A DNA stretch of 64,000 bases from Chiloscyllium plagiosum (Eukaryota), in the NCBI RefSeq assembly GCF_004010195.1, contig NC_057719.1, positions 20,225,433 through 20,289,432 of the forward strand, read 5' to 3'. The first letter of the stretch is position 1; every line of letters begins with the position of its first letter. The position numbers were made by a program, and so were the translations under genes. Below, piece after piece: positions 27,666 to 41,399 of the stretch. The notes beneath the pieces are model-generated. The model saw only the letters and a list, made by a program, of their open reading frames with translations, was not told where the DNA came from and did not search any database.

Positions 27666-30199
27666 GGGGTGGAATTTTCCCAGTTTTTAGTAAAGAGTTT
27701 TCTAAAGTAAGATTCATGGTTCACTATTTTCTCATACAATTTCCTCTTCCTCATTAAGATAATTGTGTAAGCTGCCTATGCAGTTCCTGTCTCAAGGAAT
27801 CACATGGCAAAAGAGAAGTGTTCAATGCTGCCAGGAGTTTGTGATATTTACCACTGGTGTTGCCATAGTTAAACACTATAAAAGCAAAGTACTGCAGTGC
27901 TGAAAATCTGAAATGAAAAAAAAACTACAGACGCAGCTGGAGAAACTCAGCAGGTCTGATAGCATCTTTGGAAAGAGAAACAAAAAGAATGTTTTAAGTC
28001 CATTATGATTCTTCTTCAGTGTTCATTGACGGTGACCTGGAGGTGCTGGTAGATGGGACAGTGGAGAAGAGTGCATTGGTTTTTCCTGTTGACAAAGGGA
28101 ACTATGCTTAAGATGAAGTTACCCAGGTAAAATACAATGCACAGCAGTGGAGGGAGAAGGTTCATAATGTTCTGTGCACCGTAACAATGGGTACTATCAT
28201 TTTTTCTCTGCTACCTTATACACACAGGGTCACCACTTGTCCTAACACAACCATTGCACATATCTCTTATCAAGGCTCATGAACTATGCCTTTTACTATT
28301 GTGCACGTCATGTCCATTCAACAGTTCCCACTTACCCCATTCTCCCAAACGATTAACCTTACCTGCCCTCTGTGCTTTCTACTCACTCACTGGGGACACT
28401 CACCAGCTACCCTGCTCCTGCATTATCACAAATAGCTCTCACAGCGACTTCCATCATGCTCAAATGATCCTTGATCCTCTTCACAGGAGAAAATATCTCA
28501 CCATTGAGTGGAGGAAGTGAATACCAATTTGGAGCATGATGATTGGTGGACTAAAGGTTGCACATACCATATATGGAAAAGGCACTAGTCAATAAACGTC
28601 ACTGTACTATGCTCTCTCACTACCATTGATACTAACTCATTCCTAATTTGCACAAGCATTTATCCCTCTTCCAAAGCTAATTTCCTCTCAAGACCAGGAC
28701 CCACTCAGCTCTAGGCAGATGATGATCCTCTGTTCTTAGTGAGTGATGACTTCAACAGCACAGCAACTGCAAACAGGAGAGTCAGATGTAACTAATTAGA
28801 TTGGAAGTGTCCAGCAATGTGGTCAGTAATGTGCTGGGTCCACCATGAGTCTGGATGCCTCCACAGATATATTGAGAACCATCATGCAGACTCAGGTCTA
28901 GCATACTCAGTGTCTGCCAGATATACATAGAGACCTGTCTCTATTATTGATGCCATAGGTGTTCAACATCAGTGTCAAGATGAGAAGTTGAGGGAACTTC
29001 ACCTCACTTTAGGTGCTCCTTCCACTCAGGGAGACAGTGTAGTGTCAACAGGAACTCATAGGGAGAAGGAGTCGCACACATGACACCATGAGCTTCCTTT
29101 CAAGGCATCCAGAGGTAACCACCTACTTCCTGTGATGCCAAAGATGGCAGCAATCCAAGATAAGAGAGAAAACCTGCATTAGAGCAAGACAAGCTCAGAA
29201 GAACCTGGGAATTCTAGGCCCAACTACCCTCATGGATGACCCAAGCCTTCCAGGCCAACTGAGCCAACTACAGAGCAGGGTCCTTCAGCAGGGACTGAAA
29301 CTGCATTTAGGTGTGATCGGAGGCAAAGGGAAAAGCATACTGAGGATACATAGTTGACATGGGAGACGCATCCTTGTAAACTTTTGTGTACATTTTGTGT
29401 AAATATAAGTACACTGCATATGTGACTTTTGTCACTCTCTGCGCTTGTGAAATTGGAGCCATGTGAGAAATGAGCCGCCTATTCAAATATCCCAAAAATG
29501 AAAGCGATTAATAGCTAAGTGTTGCTCATCTCTGAAAAGCAATCAGCTTCTTCATTGCAGATGGCATCACACATCGCAGATGACTCCAACCCAGACAATG
29601 GCGAGATGTATGAGCTGTTTATTTGTGAGCAATAGCAGAAAGAGAAAACTAAGACAAATCTCTGACAATACTCCTGAGCCCACATGTCAGTTTCTGTTAC
29701 AGAGACCCATTGTGCCATGCCCTGACACACAATGTCGTGGAGGCTTCATAAGGAGGTCAATGTTGTTCACCAGAGGTCTTTATTTAGAAATGTAACCTTA
29801 TCAACACACACTTTGCAGAACCAAAGTGTTCATGATACATTGTGAAAGTGAAATCCTGGCTGTAATTACTCCGTCCAACCCAGTCAGGTGCCTGACTAAC
29901 CTTGGCCAACCCCTTGTCCTGGAATTGGATGTGCCCCTTGACTGAGTGTTACCACACCCCTGACATACTGTAGTCCTCCTTGCCCCCACTAAAACCTGAT
30001 CCCTTTTGAATCTGCATTCCGACATAGTGACATACAAACAAATAAGGAAATCATTACTCATTAGTGAGATTCTGAACTTGTCATTTAAACCTTAAAGAAA
30101 AATCACAAACCTTTCTCTCAATGTTGAGATTTTGACTTTATTTTCCATTAATTGTATTCTCCTACATTTCTTGCACACAGGGAGCAGAAAGTTCCACCT
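27666..30199 (+). mobile_element. Decayed PIF/Harbinger-like DNA transposon (Myb/SANT ORF remnant)
   Basis: TIR-like GGGTGGAATTTTC and GAAAGTTCCACC; FIDGDLEVLVDG...QQWREKVHNVL (Myb/SANT-like) at ~28020-28175. Confidence 0.6.
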
Positions 30200-32619
30200 A
30201 GTGTTTCTTCAGGCCCTTGCATATTCCCAAGTGACTGTTGTTGGAATTAATTTTTGTGTCACTGTGGTATACTAAGAAAGTGGGTCAACAATTTTTGGAA
30301 GAGCAAAGAGCCACTTTATGTGATGGATATCCAAGGGTCGTCTGGATGTGGGATAGTAACAATTGTATGGAGGTTCTAAGTAAGTACTCAGTTACAGAGT
30401 CGTAGAGATACACAGTCCAGAAAGGCTCTTAGGTCCATCAAATCTGCACCGACAATAGTTTTCTTCACACAAGCTAATTGACAAAATTCAATATTTTCCA
30501 GGCTATCAATGTGTCTTCTGATCTGGTTGATCACAATTTACTCTACTCAAGCAGATGATATCCAAAGATATACAGGTTAGGTGAATTGGCCATGCTAAAT
30601 TACCCACAGTGTTCAGGGATGTGTAGGTTAGATGCATTAGTCAGGGGTAAATGCACAGTAATGGAGAATGGGTTTGGGTAGGATGCTCATTGGAGAGTTG
30701 GTGTGGAGTTGTTGGGCAGAAGGACCCGTTTCCACTCTGTAGGGATTTTATGATTCTTCTATGATCATCTGTGCACAAACCCACAAAAAGCATTCCTGCT
30801 AATCTCTTGGAGAATTTATTTTTCTTATTAGATTGACAGCTCACATAATTACTTTTTAATCAATGACTTTTAGCCAAGCCTTTCATTCTAGTTCAGCCTC
30901 CGTTCATCCCCTATTTATTTGACAGGATGTACATTCAGTGTAATATCGAGCACCTGCATTTTAGCTAATTTTGTTACTGCCACTTAAACTGCTATATTTA
31001 ACTTACCCAGATCGAACTTCATTGCAAGATGAAAACATGTCCCATAATGTTGACTGGCTAAGTGAAAAATTAAATTAAAAGCCAAACTAAAACACAGCTT
31101 GTACCCTATATGCTTCAAGCTATGTTTATGCTGCATCTGTTAATTTGTGATTGTTGTAAATATACAGATGACTTCTGCCTGGAAGGAATATTCAACATGT
31201 GGCAGAATCTGACAGCCAAAAAGATAATTTAACATCATGAACTGAATTAGGAAAGTGGCAAACATAAACTATGCACAAGAATTTAGATACATTTGGAACT
31301 CAGTTTTGGGTTCTAAGCTGTTAAGGCTTAAATGATTCCAGTATAAAGGCATTCAAAAGACAAATGAATGTTTATCAATGGTTAGATTTGGCAGTTGCTC
31401 AGGTACTAGAGAAATGGATGTCTTCATTGGATAGCATTTCTATCTTCACAAGACAGAGACTGTCGTGGTGATGCCACCATTACAAATAAATGGAACTAAA
31501 TATTCATTAAACTGCTACGGAAATAAATCGCCAAGCAGATAATTGTGAAACAGCGCTGTTGCAAAAGTGAACACCTTAAGTAATTAACCCACTCAACAGT
31601 AGTGTAAGCTAATGAATAATGAAGAAATTTCTAAATCATAGAAGAAATAGAATTCAAGCATCAGTTAAATGGGATAAACTGTTGTGAGCTGCTGATTTTG
31701 TATCTAAATACCTTACTTGATTAGCATTTAATTGACCTGCTGGCACCCCAATTCCATGAATCACTAAGATATAATGACAATGTAACAATGTCAATATGGC
31801 AGCATTTGTGGAGACGGGAGAACAGATGGCAATTTGCACCTTTAAATATGCTCACTGCATATACTTTTGAATTTAAGAACATTTAGGAATTCAACTGGCT
31901 TCAGATTTGGAGATTTGCATTAAAAGTTCAGGGATTGCATTTCTGTCCCAATCAAATGTCTACAAACCTCCTTGGCCATGTGGGATATGTTGTGGCCTTT
32001 TGAATTTGTTAAAGCAGTAAATTGGTGAAGGTTTGATTGATAATTTTCAGAGAATTTTCAGAATTAACTTCCCCTACAATTTTGAGAATTAAATGTAATT
32101 TTAATATTAATAAAGAATAAGGTTGTGACAAAATATCCATAGGCTAATTCACCTCAAATTCACCTCAAATACAAAACACTTAAGACATTTCTGTACAATT
32201 CTTTTATGTGGACAGATAAAGAGTACCATTTTGCATTTGCGGACAGTAACAATGGCTTCAGAGGTGACAAACCACAATATCAGGAGCAGGACATTCCAGC
32301 TCTTTAGCCTATTCTGCTATTCAATTATTTTACAGCTGATCTCTATCTCAATTCCATTGACATCATTTTTCAAAAACACCTGATCTCAACACTTTTATAG
32401 TGGATTGACTGTCAATTTTCCAATGAGAGAAGAAGCTTTTCCTGAATTACCTTGCTCCAATTTACGACCCCCCCCCATTGTAAACAGTAAGATTCAAGTT
32501 AAGACATTTTTCCTTAGATCTCCAATAAACACCTAATATTCCTTAATCTGATCACTGCTTTATCATTTACTTTCAAGGATATACTTTAGAGTCTAGATTC
32601 TTTTCAGGAATAACTAAGC

Positions 32620-33150
32620 TAGAGATTGGAACATTGCGAGCAATTCTGGTCTCCTTCCTATCGAAAAGATGTTGTGAAACTTGAAATGGTTCAGAAAAGA
32701 TTTACAAGGATGTTGCCAGGATTGGAGGATTTGAGTTATAGGGAGAGGTTGAATAGGCTGGGGCTGTTTTCCATGGAGCGCGGAGGTTGAGGAGTGACCT
32801 TATAGAGGTTTATAAAATCATGAGGAGCATGGATAGGATAGACAAAATCTCTTTTCTGGGGCGGGGAGTCCAAAACTAGAGGATATAGGTTTAGGGTGAG
32901 AGGGGAAAGATATAAAACAGATCTAAGGGGTAACTTCTTCTAGTAGATGGTGGTACATGTATGGAATGAGCTACCAGAGGAAGTGGTGGAGGCTGATACA
33001 ATTGCAACATTTAAAAGGCATCTGGATGGGTATATGAAGGGATATGGGCTGGGTGCTGGCAGGTGGGATTAGATTGGGTTGGGATATCTGGTCAACATGG
33101 ACAAATTGGACCGAAGGGTCTGTTTCCATGCTGTGCATTGCTATGACTCT
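32620..33150 (+). mobile_element. CR1 LINE 3' fragment
   Basis: LEHCEQFWSP...QKRFTRMLPG; ends CTATGACTCTA. Confidence 0.9.
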
Positions 33151-34757
33151 AAGTTGACACCATTTTGCCGAATTTTTTAAGGTATTCATTGATTTGTTGT
33201 TCATGTGAATAGTAGGGGAAGTTAATTCTGATGGAATACGTATCAAAAAACCCCATAGATTAAGAACTAGCCTAGTAATTGAAGAGACATAAGGAAATTG
33301 CTCTGTAGAAAGGAAGAGTTAATGTTGTTTCAAGCAAGGTTATGGACCCTATGCTTTTGATAATATTTGTGAATGACATGGAATAAGTTATTTTTACAGC
33401 TTTTATTTGTTTTGTGTAATCAACAAAATTATGCCGACGTGATGATGAAAAATTAGGCTTCTTTCCTTCAGACTGATAGGCTGAGATATGGTGGATAGAC
33501 TTTAATATAGATCATAAAGGTAGGGAGAGGTAAACTGAAAGCATCTGTGAAATAAAAAGCATACATCCTCTGGCATAGTACATTTTTAAACATACAGCCT
33601 CGGTGATCATCCTAATCTGGAAGTTAACTGATTTTCATTCAAAGTGATGCATTTGCTGTGCTATTCACTCAGTCACAAGTGATGAAATTTACCCCCTCAG
33701 AGTCTAACTGCTAAATGGATTCTTAACAAGACCTAACAAAGTACCTGGAAGAATGAAACAGTGAACGATCAAGCATTTGGGATATTGGGTATATCCTAAC
33801 AGATTATCCTGAGACTGCAGAGGTCAATAATGAAGCTATTTTCAGAATGTGTCTGGTGGGTTTGGCCATCCTATTGAAGCAAGCATTAAAAAATGTTCAG
33901 GAATCAAAATGACTCTGCAAATAATCATGCTGCAAATAACCTCTCAAAGGACTAAAGTGAAAAAAAACTGAAGGGAGTATGATGTATATTTTAAAATAGC
34001 TATTAAAGTAAGACAATAATCTATCAATCAGAGAACACAAGTGCATAATTCAGAAGCCTTAAACTAAGTTTCAGGTTTTTCTGACTCAGGATAGCAGAAA
34101 TTCGAGATGGAATCCTCGAGAAGGCATTTGACATGCTGGTCAATTAACCTTTAGAGATGAGAGCTGGATCATTATCTGTGGATAAGGACAATTAAGTGTT
34201 GAGAGAGATTGATTACCCAGTTGGAATTTATCTTCTGGAGGATTTAAGGGAACAAACCTCAAGTTAATTTTCTACTTGAGGACTTCTGGTTCAGTGGAAC
34301 TGCACCATCACCCCATCCCCAGCCACATCTCCAAAAGCCTGATGTTGGACTGACCTAAACAAATGAGCTTCATTGACATGGCCATTTGGAGGAGGCTGCT
34401 TCATGTTTTAATTTCTGTGAATCCCAGGACTCCAAGTAACTGCAGGTCCTTCAATGCCAAATGAGGCAAGTTGCCAGTTCATGGGTCAGATGCTAAAATA
34501 TGCCTTCTAGTTTGGAAACAAGTCTTTAATAGGGGCATATATCTGAAATCAGCATCTTGTGGCATTGTCATGCATATAGTCAAAGTGTGCATTGAGTACC
34601 ACAGCAGGAGAAGCACAGTAAGACATTAGAATTATCAAAGCAATCAAACAGTATTGAAACATAGCTCAGCGTTACAAAAAAGTGATAATTCCTCATTATG
34701 TTAAAGATCACACAAATGACTTTATGAAGACAGATTTCAAAACTGTACCTTTAAAAT

Positions 34758-35112
34758 GGTCAAAAATCACATGACATCAGATTATAGTTCCTCAGGTTTA
34801 TTTGAAAATATGAGCTTTCAGACCCTCAAAAGCTAGTGTTTTCAAATACAGGTAGTTCTTTAATAACGCGTGTTTCATCAGCACAAATGGGCTATAACGT
34901 AATTGATGAATTGTGGACATTGTTTGCATAATGCAAACTTTCTGCTGAACAGGTATAGCAGGTTTCCCCTAGCACGATTTTCTATAGTGTGAGGTTACAG
35001 AGAAACACAACCATTGCATTTACAACATGGAAACCTGTTGGACTATAACCTGGTGTTGTGTGATTTTTGACGTTGTCCAACTCAGTCTAAAACTGGCACC
35101 TCCACATCATGG
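34758..35112. mobile_element. Penelope pLTR fold-back with nested small DNA-transposon-like insert (~34847-35025)
   Basis: TCAAAAATCAC..ATAGT / ACTATAACCTGGTGTTGTGTGATTTTTGA inverted arms matching 4117-4200; CCTTTAA on both flanks. Confidence 0.7.
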
Positions 35113-35159
35113 CCTTTAATTTGGGAACATGGGATGGATAGTTTCTAAGCTGAATACAT

Positions 35160-38100
35160 TAGAACATAGAACATGGAACAATACAGCGCAAAACAGGCCC
35201 TTTGGCCCTCGATGTTGTGCCAACCTGTGAACTATTCTCAGCTTGTCCCCCTACACTATCCCATCATCATCCATGTGCTAATCTAAGGATTGTTTAAATC
35301 TCCCTAAGGTGGCTGGGTTAACTACATTGGCAGGCAGGACATTCCATACCCTTACCACTCTCTGAGAAAAGAACATGTCTCTGATATCTTAAATCTGTCA
35401 CCCCTCAATTTGTAGTTATCTCCTCTCATACAAGCTGACATCATCATCTTAGGAAAAAGACTTTAACAATCTACCCTATCTAATCCTCTGATCATCTTGT
35501 ATGTGTCTATCAAATCCCCTCTTAACCTTCTTCTTTCCAATGAGAACAGACCCAGCTGTCTCAGCCTTTCCTCATAAGACCTTCCCTCCAGACCAGGCAA
35601 CATCCTGGTAAATCTCCTCTGCACCTTTTCCAATGCTTCCACATCCTTACTGAAATATGGCAACCAGAACTGTACACAATATTCTAAGTGTGGCTGCACT
35701 AGCATTTTGTATAGTTGCAGCATGATATTGCGGCTCCGGAACTCAATCCCTCTACTAATGATACCTAATGCACCGTGTGCCTTCTTAACAGCACTATCAA
35801 CCTGGGTGGCAACTTTCAGGGATCTATGTGCATGGACTCCAAGATCCCTCTGCACATCCACACTACCAAGAACCTTTCCATTGACCCAGTACTCTGCCTT
35901 CCTGTTATTCTTCCCAAAGTACATCACCTCACATTTAGCCACATTGAACTCCATTTGCCACCTCTCAGCCCAATTCTGCAATTTATTCAAGTCCCCCTGC
36001 AACCTGTAACATTCTTCCAAACTGTCCACTACTGTACCGACTTTAGTGTCATCTGCAAACTTGCTAATCTATCCACCTATGCCTGCGTCTAAGTCATTTA
36101 TAAAAATGGTCCCAAAACAGATCCTTGTGGCACACCACTAGTAACTGGACTCCAGGCTGAATATTTTCCATCAACCACCACTCACTGACTTCTTTAGATT
36201 AGATTAGATTAGATTACATTACATTACAGTGTGGAAACAGGCCCTTCGGCCCAACAAGTCCACACTGACCCGCCGAAGCGCAACCCACCCATACCCCTAC
36301 ATTTACCCCTTACCTAACACTACGGGCAATTTAGCATGGCCAATTCACCTGACCTGCACATCTTTGGACTGTGGGAGGAAACCGGAGCACCCGGAGAAAA
36401 CCCACGCAGACACGGGGAGAATGTGCAAACTCCACACAGTCAGTCGCCAGAAGTGGGAAATTGAGTGTAGACCCTGTGGAGATTGGACAGATGCTAAACA
36501 AGCATTTCCCACTGTGGAGATTGGACAGATGCTAAACAAGCATTTCCCATCGGTTACACTCAATTTCCCACTTTAGAAAGCCAGTTTCTAATCCAAACGG
36601 CTAAATCATCCTCAATCTCATGCCTCTGCATTGTTTCCAACAGCCTATCATGTGGAACCTTATCAAAGGCTTTACTGAAGTCCATGTATATCACGTCAAC
36701 TGCCCTACCCTCATCTACATGCTTGGTCACCTTCTCAAAAAACTCAATGAGGTTTGTGAGACATGAGCTGCCCTTGACGAAGCCATGTTGACTATCTGAA
36801 ATCAAATTGTTGCTTGCTAGATGATTATAAATCTTATCTCTTATAATCCTTTCCAAAACTTTTCCTACAACACTGGTATATAAGTACCTTGGTCATCTCT
36901 ACTGCCCTTCTTGAACAAGGGCGCAACATTTGCAACCCTCCAGTCCTCTGGTACTAAACCTGTAGACAATGATGACTCAAATGTAAAGGCCAAAGGCTCT
37001 GCTATCTCCTCCCTAGCTTCCCAGAGAATCTTCAGATTAATCCCATCCAACCCTTCCAACAGGGGACTTGTCTACTTTCACTCCTTCTAGAATTGTTCGT
37101 AACTAACCTCGATCCTTTCTAGTCTAATATCTCGTACCTCATTCTTTTCCTCTACAATATTCCCCTTTTCTTGAGTGAAAACCAATGGGAAATGCTTGTT
37201 TAGCATCTGTCCAATCTCCACAGGGTCTACACTCAATTTCCCACTTCTGTCTTTGACTGGCCCTATTCCTACCGTAGTCATCCTTTTATTCCTCACAAAC
37301 CTATAGAAAGCTTTAGGGTTCTCCTTTATTCTATTTGCTAAAGATTGCTTGTGTCCTCTCTTTGCTCTCATTAACTCTCTCTTTAAATCCATCCTAGCTG
37401 ATCTGTAACTCTCCATCTCCTCATCAGAACCATCTTGCCTCATCAACACATAAGCCTCCTTTTTCTCCTTAACCAGAGATGCAATTTCTGGAGTAAACCA
37501 CGGTATCCTTACCTTATCATTTCCTCCCAGCCTGACAGGGGCATACCTATCGAGGACACACAATATTTGTTCCTTAAACCAGCTCCACATTTCCATTACC
37601 TGCATCTCCTGCATTTTGTTACCCCATTCTATGCATCCTAATTCTTGCCTAATCGCATTATAACTGCCCTTGCCCCATCTATAGCTCTTGACCTGTGGCA
37701 TATATCTATCCATTTCCAATTGAATTATGGTCACTCTCTCCAAAGTGCTCACCTACAACTAAATCAAACACCTGGCCTGGTTCATTACCAAACACCAGAT
37801 CCAGCGTAGCCTCCCCTCTTCTTGGTCCTTCGACTTACTTTGTCAAGAAATCCTCCTGTACACATTGGACAAAAACTGATCCATCCGACGTACTAGAGTT
37901 GTAGCATTTCCAGTCAATGTTAGGGAAGTTAAAGTCCCCCATAACAACCACCCTGTTCCTTTCACTCCTACCCAGAATAATTTTGCCAATCCTCTCTTCC
38001 ACCTCCCTGGAACTCTGAGGAGACCTATAAAAAGCTCCAAGCAATGTGACCTCTCCTCTCCTATTTCTAACCTCAGCCCACACTACCTCAGTAGACGAGT

Positions 38101-38197
38101 CCTCATCAAAAGTTCTTTCAGCCAACGTTTTACTATCCTTGACTTACAAGGCCACGCCTCCCCCTCTTTTACCGCCTTGCCTGCTCTTAATGAAAGA
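35160..38197 (-). mobile_element. CR1 LINE (endonuclease plus RT, relatively young) with nested HE1 SINE
   Basis: ORFs 37835-38125 (MGDFNFPNIDW), 37087-37752, 36560-36856 (QHGFVKG..DFSKAFDKVPH) and 35463-36029; AGAACATAGAACAT tail. Confidence 0.95.
36195..36447 (-). mobile_element. HE1-type SINE lacking its 5' head
   Basis: (TAGAT)n tail and HE1 body; sequence switches abruptly at CAGTCGCC. Confidence 0.9.
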
Positions 38198-41051
38198 GAT
38201 GACTATTACTCATTTAAAAATAGCTTTTTATCATAGTAGATCTTTGGCAGCTACGGCTGAAGAATCTGCAACTCTTTAACTCTCAATATACAAACAAAGA
38301 GGACCATTTTCAATCGACTTGTAACTGGTATTTTTATGCCATAATTGAAATGCTGTGTGGACAATTTTATATTATGTGAAGAATGTAAAATCAATGGAAG
38401 CTGTATATTACAGATGTACAGATGTGAAAGTAATAGCTGTGACGAATTCTGCAAAATTAGTGTTATCTTCTTAAGAATTTTCGTGTTGTCCAAATTGTTG
38501 TTTCCAAGATTTTAGGAACATTAATATTAAGTTAAATTTTGATGGATAGTTTCTGCGGGTCAGTGAGGGGGGAATAAGATGGTATAGACTAAACTAAAGT
38601 CACATAAGTAATGAAGAACATGATATTACTTTGCATACAAGAACATTAAAATATGGAATTCATTGTCAGAAACTACAGTTTGAATAGATTTATTATTAGC
38701 TTGCAAAGGAAATTAGATAATTGTTTCTGAAAAGAAATGTTGAAGGAATATTCATGGATGAAACAGATATAGAACTTGACTTTTTTTTGTTGTGTGGTTT
38801 GATGCCACACTATGAGTTTGAATTTAAGACAGACAGGCCAAAGAAAAAATAAAGTCAAAAACGATATTTAGGCTTAGACATTAAAATAACAATTTTTATT
38901 GTGCATTAGCTCTAAATACTTCAATTCCTGTTCATCCTAGATATGTCAGGCTCCAACTTGGACTTACAATAGATAAGAAAAAAATTTATCTTCCTCGTGT
39001 TCATGTCTATGTGGTCTAAAGATGCTCTCTCATTCTCATTCTAGTGAAGGCAGATGTAATGATTTCCTGTTCTACCTCCACCCATACTGTGATATTTATG
39101 CTCAGTGATGTGCATCCCCAAGACATCACCATAAGGTTGCCCCAGGATCCTGAAGTTTTTTACACTATAGACATGGAGATTTGTGACCCATGTAAAGCAA
39201 AATATTGATGGAGACTTGATGGAATGAATAATCTTTTTCTCTGTTGAAACTATGAAATGAGCGGAATATTTGCAATTGCACAAAAATGTCTTGATATAGC
39301 TTACTTTTCATCTTCTATTTAGATTGTTTTCAGATTAAACTTTATTGGTCTCTAATATGCCACATATAAAAAGGAAGGTAATAAAGACACAAAATTCCTA
39401 CTTCTTAAATCTTGTTAAAATCATTGATTATAAAGATATTCTAGTCTCACAACAAACAAAAATGTTTGCATAACGGATATCTGTTCCTTTCCCTTGCATC
39501 TTGGCTCTGTGTCATTGACATGGGTCACGGTGAACTGCAGTGAAAGCATCTGCAGCACCAATTGCTGTATTTATTAGCCATACACACAGTTCAGATGTGC
39601 CTTTCATGGGTTTAATTTTAAAATGGATTTTCTAGCCCAGCGAGTCGTTGCACAGCATAGTGCAATACTAGACCACGCAGTGTAACTGATCCCAAGCTCA
39701 ATTCTTGGGCTGTGCTGAATTAAGTACATTTGGGGAAATTGCACACTTTAACTGGCTATCATTTTCCAAGTGCTGAGGTGGAGTGGAAGGAACCAGCCAT
39801 GACTCTCATTCCTGGCATTTTATTCAGTAATGTTTAATGGAAAATATGTTTGCAGTAATCAGAGTTGTAGGTTAGACTCGGCTGTTATGTAGTGATTATG
39901 GCATTTAGGATGGAAGTCATAAGTTCAATTTTCACTATTAAGCTGAATTCAGTAAATCTAGTAAATAGTGGGCTGCTATCAGAGAAAGCTGACTTACAAA
40001 AGCTGCCTGCATGTTGTAAAGATGCAAAGAGTTCAGTAATATCCTGGACAGCACCTGCCAACCCTACTTTTATCTGGAAAGAAACTGCCAAACCTACATG
40101 TAACTGATCTCAAGCTAAGTGACTCTTAGTATTCTCTGAAGTGGACTAAGAATGCAAATTTGTTGTACAAGCAATCCCAACATCTTTTCATAACTAATTT
40201 TGGAGAGACAATAAATTTAACTTTGTCAGCAAATAGAAAACAGATATTTGCATGGCAACTTTCGCAAGCTTGGAATATCCCAAAGTTTCTCACAACCAAC
40301 TAAATAGCTTTGAATTTTTGTCACTGTCATTATGTAGGAAATACTGCAGCTAATTTGCTCATTGCAAGTTCTGAGAGGATATCTTTTAATATTGCTGGTG
40401 CAATTGAGGTCAATACAATCTGCTCTCCATAAAAACAAATGATCTTTTACATCAGCTCAAGAGGACAGATGGGGCTCTGGTTTAATGTATCATTTGAAAA
40501 ACAATACTCCTGACTGCAACATTCCCTTGGGAATTCCTGATGAAGGGCTTTTGCTCGATACATCGATTTTCCTGCTCCTCGGATGCTGCCTGACCTACTC
40601 TGCTTTTCCAGCACTACTCTAATCATGACTCTAATCTCCAGCATCTGCAGTACCCACCTTCACCTCCATGGAAAGAAGGCAAGTTAGCATTTTGAGTCCA
40701 GAAGGTTGTTCATCAGTGCCCTGTTAAATCATCCTAGTAAATCTCTTCAGAACCCTCTCCCACTTAATAATGTCCTTCTAAGAACTGGACAACCAGAACT
40801 GGACACAATACTCCAGAAGAAGCCTCACCAATATCCTCTAGAATCTCAAAATGACTTCCCAACTCCTCTACTCAAGGACTGAGTAATGAAGGCAAGTGTA
40901 TCAAATGCCTTTTTAACCTCCCTGTCTATGCATTTCTAATTCAAGTTTATGTAACATTCCAATGCGCTTTAAACTATTTTTATTTTAATGTCAAAAGGCA
41001 AGTTAAACAAAAATAATTTTCTCAATGTCACGACAGAACAGTTTAGAACAT

Positions 41052-41399
41052 TCAAAGTTTGTGAGAAGATTGTAGCTCGGGTGCTCGTTGTTGTGGTTCT
41101 GTTCGCCGAGCTGGGAATTTGTGTTGCAGATGTTTCGTCCCCTGTCTAGGTGACATCCTCAGTGCTTGGGAGCCTCCTGTGAAGCGCTTCTGTGATCTTT
41201 CCTCTGGCATTTGTATATACCGACCACTGCAACGGACAGCTGGAACTGACAACCGGAAGCGGCAGATTCAAACCACCAGAAATGCCGGAGGAAAGATCAC
41301 AGAAGCGCTTCACAGGATGCTCCCAAGCACTGAGGATGTCACCTAGACAGGGGACGAAACGACTGCAACACAAATTCCCAGCTCGGCGAACAGAACCAC
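41052..41399. mobile_element. Young Penelope pLTR fold-back element with 15-bp TSD and two hammerhead cores
   Basis: ~125-bp near-perfect inverted arms (41088-41212 and ~41279-41402); TSD AACAGTTTAGAACAT at 41037-41051 and 41400-41414. Confidence 0.9.

Larger units (their letters stand above)
23353..32000 (+). pseudogene. Degenerate paramyxovirus-like L polymerase EVE, copy 1 (N-terminus to capping domain), with many nested TEs
   Basis: M*SCLCLL*FDVPHLSCRI (cf. [20 protein letters not shown]), LGTD/FYD (26182), FFLTPSQPSV (~26464), NYLVFVGLDF (~26841), EVEV*NGRKLARL (~27057), motif A YVTDLSK (27224), GINFCVTVVY*ESGSTIFGR (30243; same register as Ebola GIFLKPDETFVHSGFIYFGK), IPAN(L)GEF (30792) and TPIP (~31745). 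Confidence 0.7.

Noticed and set aside
31000..31043. Minus-strand ATG MKFDLG with a GTAAGT donor and a GGGACATGT gene-start-like motif
   Set aside because: Short motifs expected by chance; embedded in L copy 1 on the opposite strand.
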